From Gekko japonicus (Eukaryota): 64,000 nucleotides of DNA. The position numbers were made by a program, and so were the translations under genes. The notes beneath the pieces are model-generated. The model saw only the letters and a program-made list of their open reading frames with translations. It searched no databases and was not told where the DNA came from. Shown piece by piece: positions 24,118 through 35,234 of this stretch; within the stretch, counting starts at the first letter, position 1, and each line of letters begins with the position of its first letter. Where the stretch lies: contig NW_015175977.1 of assembly GCF_001447785.1 (NCBI RefSeq), positions 966,984 through 1,030,983 on the forward strand, in the 5' to 3' direction.

Positions 24118-25822
24118 CACCAGACAGTTTACACCTATACTTTAGTAAGGTTGCCAGGTCTTCTTCCTCAGTGGGAGACCTCCTGATGCCATTGCCAGCA
24201 GTGCAGTGACAAGAGCCCCCTCCTCTGGTAAATATTTCCTGCTGGTTGCCAGTTCTGGGCCAGTAATACAATAATGTGTAAGAATGCCCCAACCCCAGTT
24301 CAATCTCATGGAGGGGGAAAATACTCTAAAACAAGTCATGGTTACTAGAGTTACTAACACTAATTTGAGAAATTCCTGAAGATTTGGGGGCAGTGCCTGG
24401 GGAAGGCTTTGCAGGGATGTACTTAGGGCTGCCAGGCTTCCCACAATAGGAGAAAATATTTTAAAAGGGCGTTCTTTGGAAAACCAAAAGTGACCTAGGG
24501 TAGTTCTAGGAATTGCTGGAAACCCTATTGTTTTACCATAGAGTTTCCAGTGTGTCCTAGAGCTACCCTACATCACATCTGGATTTTGTCCGAAAATGAC
24601 GCAGCGACATAGCCAGCGTCATGCCCCCCATGTCCCTATTCCCTACTATTCCACCAGGTATTACATCTAGAGTTGTAATACTGTGATGTAATACTGTGCA
24701 GTCTTTCAGACTGGTAACTCTAATGGTAACAGCAAGTAATGCAATGTGTTTGTAATGAAGTTCTGAGGGATTACTGTGATGGAAAGGAAAAAGGGCCCCA
24801 GGAGTGCTGCTCCAGCATCCAGTCACCTTTCAGAGGGGGGATGGAATGTTGGAGGGAAGCACAATGGCCTCCAACCATCTTTCACATGCACTCAATAATG
24901 CACTTTCAATCCATGTTCAATGAACTTTAGCAATCGTTTGCAAGTGGATTTTGCCATTTCACACAGTAAAATCCAGGTGCATAGTGCATTGAGAATGGAA
25001 CAGAATGCCTGAAGAGCAGCTCTACCTGGTAGTGTGGCAGGGTGGTTTGTGTGGCCTGTCTCTGGTGATGAGCAGACCTCATACAGTTTAGTCTGACTCT
25101 TGGGAAAGGGCAGGCTGGTGTGGGTGGACTCCTGTGTGTGAGAGAGAGAGGATCCAGACAAGGGCCTAGTCAGTGAAACCCTGTTGTACCTGTAAGCATT
25201 AAAGAGAATTCAGACCACATTCTGAAGTCATCACTCACTTTAAGTTATGCGCCTCAGCCAGGTTTCTCCTTTGACTGTCTGGAAACCTATGTGGCTGATC
25301 TGTTCTTTAAAACTAACTTGTAAATAAATCAATCTTCTTTGTTATTGACATACAACTCCTGCCTCAGTGACCTCTGTGTTCTACTTGCTCACCACAAAAT
25401 TTACCTCACAGCAGTGAACCCAAAGCCTTTACAGTTGCTACTCTAAGAACATTTTGTAACTGAGGGAAAGGTTTACAGTTTAAAACAAATCTGGTTACCT
25501 AAAACTATAAGAGGCTTTGTGGGGCCCCTTCAGTTGGTAGAAAAGGCCTCTTCCAACAACCCCTGACACTGATCTAATGAACAGTTGCCTTTTTCCTGAG
25601 TGGTTGGTGTGTGGGGGAGGGGGAGTTTGGGGAGGGGATGGAGCTCAGTGAAGATTCCATAGAGTCCACCCTCTGACGCTGCCATTTCTTTCAAGGGAAC
25701 TGCTCTCTGTAGCCTGTAAATCAATTCCAGGAGAACTCCAGACCCCACCTGGAGGATGGCAACTCTTGAAGTCTTACTGTCAGTCTGAAGCTCCAGACAG
25801 AGACTTTGACTAATATTTACTA

Positions 25823-26135
25823 CTAGCCTGCTACCCGTGCTTTGCTATGGTATTTAAGTTCCGTAAATCCAGTTATAATACTGATGATGTGAAGTCTGAA
25901 ATGTAACATTTGTTGTAGGAATTCTAATGGAGAAAATTGTAGTGTAAAAAATGAAGTGAGATATAAGTACTTCCCCCCCCCTCTACTGAAGGACCTCTCT
26001 GTAGACCACATTGGTGGTTCTGCCCTCAGGTGCTAGGATCACCAGGCTGCTTGGTGAGCTCACTCTGGAGCAGGCCACATAGAACTGTCCATTTAAGAAG
26101 CAGTCATCTGTTACGTCAACTCCTGCCACCTTCCA
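25823..26135 (-). mobile_element. Helitron 3' fragment (Pif1-like helicase C-terminus, terminal hairpin, CTAG end)
   Basis: KVAGVDVTDDCFLNGQFYVACSRVSSPSSLVILAPEGRTTNVVYREVL* is typical of the Helitron RepHel C-terminus; degenerate hairpin ACCATAGCAAAGCACGGGT followed by CTAG|T at 25823. Confidence 0.85.
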
Positions 26136-28313
26136 TGAAAGTGATGGCCTTTCTACTTGTGTTCCTGGATTGTTTTGCTCATATGGAGACTGTGTTGTTC
26201 TGAGCACCTCAGGGTGATCTTGCTGGTACTTGGCCTACACAGCTCAGTGCCTTGCAAGAGTACCATGTGCAAATGTCTNNNNNNNNNNNNNNNNNNNNNN
26301 NNNNNNNNNNNNNNNNNNNNNNNNNNNNNNNNNNNNNNNNNNNNNNNNNNNNNNNNNNNNNNNNNNNNNNNNNNNNNNNNNNNNNNNNNNNNNNNNNNNN
26401 NNNNNNNNNNNNNNNNNNNNNNNNNNNNNNNNNNNNNNNNNNNNNNNNNNNNNNNNNNNNNNNNNNNNNNNNNNNNNNNNNNNNNNNNNNNNNNNNNNNN
26501 NNNNNNNNNNNNNNNNNNNNNNNNNNNNNNNNNNNNNNNNNNNNNNNNNNNNNNNNNNNNNNNNNNNNNNNNNNNNNNNNNNNNNNNNNNNNNNNNNNNN
26601 NNNNNNNNNNNNNNNNNNNNNNNNNNNNNNNNNNNNNNNNNNNNNNNNNNNNNNNNNNNNNNNNNNNNNNNNNNNNNNNNNNNNNNNNNNNNNNNNNNNN
26701 NNNNNNNNNNNNNNNNNNNNNNNNNNNNNNNNNNNNNNNNNNNNNNNNNNNNNNNNNNNNNNNNNNNNNNNNNNNNNNNNNNNNNNNNNNNNNNNNNNNN
26801 NNNNNNNNNNNNNNNNNNNNNNNNNNNNNNNNNNNNNNNNNNNNNNNNNNNNNNNNNNNNNNNNNNNNNNNNNNNNNNNNNNNNNNNNNNNNNNNNNNNN
26901 NNNNNNNNNNNNNNNNNNNNNNNNNNNNNNNNNNNNNNNNNNNNNNNNNNNNNNNNNNNNNNNNNNNNNNNNNNNNNNNNNNNNNNNNNNNNNNNNNNNN
27001 NNNNNNNNNNNNNNNNNNNNNNNNNNNNNNNNNNNNNNNNNNNNNNNNNNNNNNNNNNNNNNNNNNNNNNNNNNNNNNNNNNNNNNNNNNNNNNNNNNNN
27101 NNNNNNNNNNNNNNNNNNNNNNNNNNNNNNNNNNNNNNNNNNNNNNNNNNNNNNNNNNNNNNNNNNNNNNNNNNNNNTAAAGGCATTGGGGAGGCTGGGC
27201 CAGCAGCAGGACTAAGGAAATCCTGCTGAGCAAACCTCCCCTGCGGCTGTAAGCATCCGACCTCCTCTCCTACACCTGACAGGCAGCTGCCTGTCCAGTG
27301 TAGGAGGGGGAGGGGGAGGAGTATGAGAAGCCACTGTGGAGGCTGGGCCAGCAGGATCACTAAGGCGTTACTGCTGGGGCGAGCTCCCTTGTGGCTTTAA
27401 TCACCTTGCAACCACTGCTGTACTTGATAGACAACCACCTGTTAGGTGTAGAAGGTGGGGGGAGTGTGTTGGAAACCATCAGAGAGGCTAGGCCAGCAGC
27501 AGTACTGCACCTCACAGGTGGTTGTTGGCCACTCCTGATTTCCTCAACAAGCTCTCTGCAGTCTAGGGGGGTGCAAGGAGGCAGCAGCCTGGGAAAGTAC
27601 ATTTTACTCCTTTTGACCCCCTTATGGGTCGAATTTCTAAAAATATAAAAGAAAGTCCCCTCACCATAAAATCAATGCCCAGGCCAAACCTCTGGACCTA
27701 GAGACACCATCCCTGTTTATGTACTTCATGAAAGTTCTTGCTGTAGTAACTCAATGTTAGTGCAGCTGTTGAAGCCTTCCAAGCCTATGGCAGAAGCTGG
27801 TAGCCCTGACACTGGTATCTGTATAGGCATACTATTGACCTGTATTATTATTACAGGATGCTTGGTTTGGGTCTGGATGGTGTTGCTCAGAAGGCATCTC
27901 TGCCCAGTGGTGGCTCTTGGCAACTGTGCTGTCAGGGATCATAGCAGGCTTTATTTAATGACAAAATGACTGTTTTATTTTAATTCAAAATTAACTATTT
28001 TGAACAATCATCAGGATCTTAAATGCCTATAAAATATAATTTATATCATTTTTTAAAAAGGAGACATTGGTCATCTTAGTTTATGCTTTCTCTCTGGTGG
28101 TGATCTGTTCCAGCAACCTTGAAGAAATGCATAGAACTAAGGGAGTTATTCTTTTGGGGAATACCATATTAAATCAGACTCCCCCTCATAGGTAGTGGAA
28201 ATCTAATGTTACTGAATTTTTTTATAATTAATGACAGACTACAAAATTCAATATGGCCAACTGATGGTTATTCTAAATTATTTTAAAATACTTGGTCAGT
28301 GGAACCAGGTCTG

Positions 28314-28550
28314 AGAGCCAGTGTAGTGTAGGGGTTAAGAATGACAAACCACATTTGATTCCCCACTCTTCCACATGAAGCCATCTGGTTGACCTTGGGC
28401 CAGTTACGGTTCTCTCAGAACTCTCTCTGCTCCACCTACCTCACTAGGTGCCTGTTGTGGGGAGAGGAAGGGAAGGAGACTGTAAGCCGCTTTGAGACTC
28501 CTTAGGGTAGAGGAAAGAAGGGTATAAAAACCTCTACTTTTTCGTCTTCA
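28314..28550 (+). mobile_element. Squam3-like SINE
   Basis: GAGAGCCAGTGTAGTGTAGGGGTTAAG...GATTCCCCACTC...TGTAAGCCGCTTTGAGACTCC...GGTATAAAA. Confidence 0.8.
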
Positions 28551-28765
28551 CTACTGCAATAACATTGTTTTAACATTTATCTTGACTATTGTGCTTTTTA
28601 TATTTTGTTGTTTCCACACACAGAGAAACTCCATACCCCTTTAGTCAAAAGAATGAGAGTGGAAAAGCCAACAACACTGAACAGAATTCAGTGTTGTCTT
28701 CATTTGTGCACAGTTACAGCAGCTCAATGCTGTCCTTTCCACAGCAGCCCATAGCACTCCACTAC

Positions 28766-29945
28766 TGTCAGGTGCAGGTTGTTTGACCAACTGTACCCAC
28801 TGTATTACTGCCTTAATGATTACTGTGCCTGTTGTATTTCCTTCTTCCTTACTGGTGTAACCTTTCCCCCCTCTCTCCATACTGTGTTGTTCTGCAGCCC
28901 TTATCGCTTACCCTCACCTGCCACCACATTCCTGAGGGAAGGGAGTGAGTGTCTGTAGGAGTAGGGATGCTAGCTTCAGTAAATCTTCCATGCCACCCCA
29001 AGAGACTTCTTTCACACAGGAAGTTGTCCTTGGAGAAAAGTCTTTGATTAGCTAGTTGTGGACTGTATATCTCTCAGGATCTGTGTAGTAACGCTGACAT
29101 GTATGAATGGAATGTGCAATTGTAACTATATGCACCTTTCCCGCCCTGGCACCCCAGTCCTGACAAAGCGTTCAATCCCTCCACATCTCATATCTTCTAG
29201 TAAAACTTTCTTCCAAGAAAGTGTGTGTGGAGAGTGATTTGACTGGGAACCTGACATATTGTCAGGACTCCCTCATCCTCCTACCCGGTATCCCCTCTCA
29301 AGAAATGGGGAATGGAGAAGGAGATAGCGGGGAGGGTGCCAGTACCGGTTCCGAACCCGAGAACCTGATGCCCAACTCCTGAAAGAAGAAACCAACAAAG
29401 ACTCCAGGCACCTGGCTGAAGAAGCAAGTTTTCTTTCAGCCCCCCGATTGCTGGGATGATCTGGCCTGGTTGGGGGGCACCCGGGGCTCCGGGGAGCCAC
29501 AGGACGGTATGACCATGAGTGTCACCGGGTCTCACGCACCTTCCAAGATGACCCCGAGTTGGGCAAGATGCGTGAGGAGTGGGAGGAAGACTCCTTTGTG
29601 GACGAGGAGCCGTCCAGCCTGCGCTCAGACTTACGAGAGCTGAAGAAAAGGTTCGAGTATCTCGTCAAGAACTTGCCCAAGTTAGTTAAGGAGTTAATGG
29701 AGAAAGACGCAGATGGTAAATGCAGTCCTGAGTGGGAGTTATCTCCAGGAGACCCAGTGTACATCTTGACCGAACATATAAAAGGATTGCAACCCAGGAG
29801 GAAACTGGGGTGGAAATATGTGGGACCTTTTAAAGTTGCACGGGTAATCAACAAGGTGGTTGTTGAAGTAGAACTCCCTAAAAATCTCCATTCTATCCAT
29901 CCTGTGTTTCATTTCAGCCTACTGAAAAGGGATCCCGGACCCTAG
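28766..29945 (+). mobile_element. Gypsy LTR (28766-29256) with deleted internal region ending in the integrase GPY/F module
   Basis: TGTCAGG...CCTGACA termini; ORF 29559-29945 contains LSPGDPVYI...KLGWKYVGPFKVARVINKVVVEVELP..IHPVFHFSLLK. Confidence 0.8.
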
Positions 29946-32900
29946 CCAAAAATGCCTTTGGCCCACACTATTTAAAACAAACCAACAATATCACAGAATG
30001 TATAGATTTCTGTAATCTAGACTAACAGATTAAGAAGTCTCCCATTAAACATCATGGATGTGCATGAATTATCATTCTTAAGCTTAACAAGCTGTTTGCC
30101 TGATAGAAACTTGATGCTTCCTGGGTACATGTACAGGTCTGCATGGCAGCTGCAAACATACCAATTTTGTCTTGTGTAACACATAATCAGATGGACTGGA
30201 GTGAGATGTCAGCTGAGCAAACTGCTGCTCTCAAAGTTGTCCACTCTTCCTATATGAATGCGTGGACCATTTCCAGTCGTCACCTGACCAGGCTCTTTCT
30301 TTCTTAGGTAAGGCTGGCTGTCAGTTCAACCTTGCTCCTGCAAATATGCTCCCTGCACTGCCATGCCTTGCCCTTGTTCCCCCTCATTGCCCTTCTTGGT
30401 CTCTTTAAAACAATTGCTGTTGCCAGAGCAACCAAAATGGTAGCTGAACGCTTATGGAAAGAAGGATACTCACAAGAGTTCAGGAAACTGTACAGAGCGC
30501 TTTATGGCTTTTCTGCACTAGGTGAGGGCACAGACAAGATGGAGATGAGAAGGCTGGATGGTATGGCACAATGTAACTTGGGAGAGTTGTATTTCTTTCC
30601 CCCCTTTTCCCCTCCTCCTTTTCATCTTTGGTCTTTCCCCGCTTCTCTCTCCCTCAATACCCCCCCCCCATTCCTGCATCGGGTGTTTGGCAGTACAGGC
30701 AGCATGTCTGTCTCTCTGCCCGGCCAAAGCAAAGTGCCAGGGTTGGCTGCCAGAATGAAAGCTGCTGCCTCCTATCCAAAGCACCCAGCAGAGTGAGTCA
30801 GTGAGAGGGTCAAGGGGAGGGAGAGAGGTCAGGTGTGTTTTTGTGTGAATGCCTGCATGGGTTTTGTGCTATACATTTGCTCTGCCATTTGGCTCATATT
30901 CTTCAAAGATCTGTTCTACAAGAACTTTGAGTTCTCTGTGATGGATTTTGTTTTTGAACTAGAGACTCTCATCCTTGATATTTCCCATCTCTAAAATGGA
31001 TGGATTGTTTTCCAGAATGTGTTCTAAACGTTTAATCTTACATATGTCACTAAACGTGTAATTTAAGATGCTCTTATCTGTTTGAATAATATGCCCTATT
31101 TGTTATTGTTTTGTGCAGAATAGGAATCTGGGTTTGTGGTAGTTTTATTTGTGTTGACATTGACATTGCCTGGTGGGATGTAAGAACACAGAATAGATGC
31201 ATGCCTTTACATGAACACGGGACCTGTTGTTTTAACTCAGATGCCTACCTCTGGATCACATTGGCGTCTTCCTTTGATAGCTCTCTCACTACCACATGCC
31301 AGATGTGTGCCTTCCAAAAGTGAGTATCTGGAGGACCAGTACTGTTACCCAATGTAGGCAGTTTCCACTTAAGTTGGGGGAATTAGCTAAAGATGACAGA
31401 ACGAAAGGCAGGTAACTGGAATCTCCACCTGTGTATGGTTCCTCTGAGAAAGCTTGGAAATAACCAGGCAGTTGTTCAACTGGTAGAGTTTTTAAAAAGA
31501 AATACATAAAACAAAAATACACACAATAAACATACACAAGAGCTAAGAAAGGTAGGGAGGAAAGGGAAAGCTGTTTTAGGGAAGGGTGATATTTACCTAT
31601 CCTGAAGAGGTCCATGGAAGCCACAAGTTGAAGAAGGAAATGGCCAGCATTTCAGGAAGCAAGAGAGAGAAGGCTCACACACAAGTGGGAGGGGGGGTGC
31701 GGGGGACCAAGAACACACACACACACACACAGCTGGGTCAGCCAGGTGACATACTTATAGGGCAAAACCTATCCTGAGGTAAGTTGGCTCACTGTCAGAG
31801 GACAATGAACTGATGGTTCTACCAGAGGTAGACAAAGAAGTGGGAGAGGTTTGATGACTCTACAAACACCAGACAGGAAGGGTAATTGAGAAGGTGTTGA
31901 TTAATTGCTGCTTAATCAAGGGTAATGGGTGCAGGGGAAGTCAGGCTTGGGTGTTGATGGGATTATCCTGCATGAATCAATAGGTCCTGGGTGACCTATT
32001 GTTCTAAAGTCATGCATCTCTCCAGGGCAAGGAGGGGGAAGTAGCCAGCCAGCCACTCTGACTTGCATCGTGAAACTGATTTCCTAGGCTGATGCCTGGC
32101 TGGCATCCATCTTGGTCCACTATGGCCCAAGCAGTGCCCTATACTTAGGGTATTGGGGTGATGTATAGAGAGGTGTTTCTGCCTCTATAAGCTATAAATT
32201 ACCCCTTTGTGGGAGCAGAGGGTCTGACTGCTAACAATAGTGGTCAAAACTTCCCCACATGCACACTGAAGCACTGTATGGGCCTCTGAATTACATCTAA
32301 TTCCTCGAATGAAAAGCATTCAGATTTATCCTAGGGGAAAATGATGTTCTAGGTAAGGCAATTCCTTACCTGATTAAATTCCATCCATCACTGTGCTCTG
32401 GCTGTCTGCCACCAAGGCCCAGTTGCTACTCAGCCCATCTGGCATTTCTCAGGTTCCTCCCTGATCTTAATAAGCCAAACATAGTGGTGTTAATAAGTCA
32501 AATAAAATAATGCATGAAAATAAGACAGACCATGCCGATTCTCTCCTTTCAAGATTTCTTCCCACTCTGAACGAGAGCCATTTCGTATAATTCAGATTTT
32601 TATCGTCTGTTTTTAATCCACAACAGAGCTCTGCCTCTAACCCTGTGTCTATTTATTTCTTTTAATCTCCTTGAAACAGTTTAATTTAGATGATCTTTGG
32701 CATTCCAAAGAGATTGCATTTCTTAGATAATTTTTAGTCCTTCACGAGTATATTTAAATAAGAATTGCTAGTGAAGAGAGACTGGAGTTGGGGCAGCCAC
32801 AAACCCTCCTGCTCTTTACTTACCTCAGCCGCTGACCCTCCTCCACTGTGCCGGGGTCTCGGCTTTATGTGCTGAGCTGGTCAAGCCCCAAGGAGTCTGT

Positions 32901-34118
32901 TTTAAAAATAAAACTACAAGATTTTTTTAAAAAAACACCTCATTTCCCATTGATGTTCTCAGGTAAATGCCATCATCAGGAGATTTGGAGGGAGGCCCCA
33001 GAGGTCATACTTACTCCGAACTGTCCCCCTCCCCTTATGGCTGCCTCTGACCAATCAAGAGATGGGAGCCAAAAGATTTCCCCTTGCCTGCTCTGTGGCA
33101 GAACTGCTCTTTCAACACCAGTTTCCCCTGTTGAACATGTCCAAGCAGCCTACAGCAGTGGCACTCACTCTGTGGCTCAGGGAGAGCCACATTCACAATT
33201 ACAATCAACCCAAAGTGCCACTTGACTCCCGTATGCACATTGTGCCACCCCACCAAATACACTCATAGGACAAGATATAACTGTTAATACTATATATGTA
33301 ATCACAACCTTTTTAAGTACCAGCATTACTCCTGAGCGTGTAAGATTGCCTTTCCNNNNNNNNNNNNNNNNNNNNNNNNGTGTCTGGAGTAAGGGAAAGG
33401 GCTTCTCTCGCTGCCTTCACACTTCCTCCTCAGCATGAGAAACAGCAGCTCAGGTGAGAGAGTGAGATTGTCAAGGCTCCTGGAAGTGAGCAAGCTGGTC
33501 ATGGAGAAAGGGAAGTAAAACCACCACCATCCCACCTGTGGCCAGCTTGCTTTTTCCCCTGCGTGGGTGCTGTCATGGTGGAGGTAGTAGTGGTACTTTC
33601 TTTCTGTGTTTATACCTCTGAGGATGCCAGTCACAGTTACTGGCAAAACGTCAGGTTCTACAATGCCAAGACCACGGCCACACAGCCCGGAAAATCTACA
33701 GCAACTAATAGTAGTAGTGGTACTTTCTCTTCTCCGGAGGCAGCTTGCTCTCTTCCCAGCTGCTGCCTGGGTGCTGTGATGAGACTGCAGAGGCTACTAA
33801 GAAGGGTAGGGGGTTGTTGGAGATGATTTACTTCCATCCCTGGCATGAGGCCCACATCTGTGGGAGGCTCGCAGTTGGCCCATCTTCTGATCCCTTCGGC
33901 AGCAGCTGTTTCAAAGTGGGAACCACCTGCTAACCACAAGCTCTATAGGGAAATGGCCTTGCTTGCTTTTGTGAAACATCAAAACAGGTCCCTCCCATCT
34001 GTCATCTGACATGGAGTTATAGGTATCTGCCTCTGGATGCTGAGTCCTTGGCACATGACTGCATCCCAGGCTGCCTTATTTATGGACTTTTCTCCATCTG
34101 GCAGTTCCCTTTCTGGGC

Positions 34119-34610
34119 CAATCAATCAATCAATCATTGATCACTGTCGTGGACCAGAAGAATAAAACATAGATTAACAGAGTGGCTATAGTAATATATA
34201 TGTGTGTGTATGTGTATGATATCGTACATTAAATGTATATAATACATACATAAAACAAATACGCATCACTGAATCAACACTGTACCTTGGTAGACTCTCA
34301 CAGCTGCACAGAACACGGCAATTCTGTCCCAGGTTTCACATTCAAGGTCTGCAAGAAGAAAGGAGGTATCCCATTCCTCCGATCTTCCCAGGATTTTTAG
34401 GAGGATGGTGTAGTCAATATATATAAGGTCATTATAGAAGGGACAATGCAGTGGCACAATTCCTGCAGTTTCAATTTCCCTAGTAGTGTAAGGGCATAAG
34501 CAATCTCGAACTGGCACACCACAGTATTTCCCTTCTAATAAAGCAGAAGGAAGAACATTGAGAAGGCTCCGAGTGAAAGCTATACTGTGGCTGAAGACAG
34601 ACTGGCAGTA
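34119..34610 (-). mobile_element. RTE-X/Rex-like LINE 3' end
   Basis: ORF 34266-34793(-) has AFTRSLLNVLPSALLEGKY..VP..CLCP...ET..VPLHCPFY (decayed CCHC knuckle); (ATTG)n tail. Confidence 0.65.
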
Positions 34611-34962
34611 TGAAGTGTGAGGGAGGTGGAGCAAAAAGACCCGGACCAAGTTGTACCGGGGATTCCCGGTCGCACTACACCTACGGATGTGGGAGCATAC
34701 CGGGGAGGAGGTGCAAGGGAGCGTTCGCACTGTTGGCCCACCTTGGTGGAGGCATGGCTGTAAGCGGCTTTTTTTCACTCCGGCGACATGCACCTATGCG
34801 CATAAGCGCAGCACCGCAGCAATGCGGCTTCTTTACGGCTTTTAGCGTGCACACTTCTGGGAAGCGGGATCAACGCACTGTCCAGGGTTTGCTATGGCTT
34901 TCACCTGGTACTTTTTTAACGTGGTAGGGAATCGTCATAGGACAGGTTGAGTATGGCTGGGA

Positions 34963-35234
34963 AAGAAGAAGAGGAGATTGGATTTATACCCTGCTCTTCA
35001 CTACCCAAAGGTGTCTCAGAGCGGCTTACAAACTCCTTTCCCTTCCCCTTCCCTGTGAGTTAGGTGGGGCTCAGAGAGCTCTGACATAAACTGCTCTTTT
35101 TCAAGAACAGCTCTTATCAGAACTACGGCTTGCCCAAGGTCATCCAGCCAGGTGCAAGTGGAGGAGTGGGGAATCAAACCCGGTTCTCCCAAATTAGAGT
35201 CCGCGCACTTAACCACTACACCAAACTGGCTCTC
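34963..35234 (-). mobile_element. Squam3-like SINE, full length, inserted in a Harbinger-like element (about 34615-35273)
   Basis: Minus strand GAGAGCCAGTTTGGTGTAGTGGTTAAG head and (TTC)n tail; the host element resumes and ends GTGTGAACCGGCCCC. Confidence 0.8.

Noticed and set aside
26157-27360. Long ORFs of 316-383 aa (also 19122-19454 and 56862-57194)
   Set aside because: Made of X residues from assembly N-gaps
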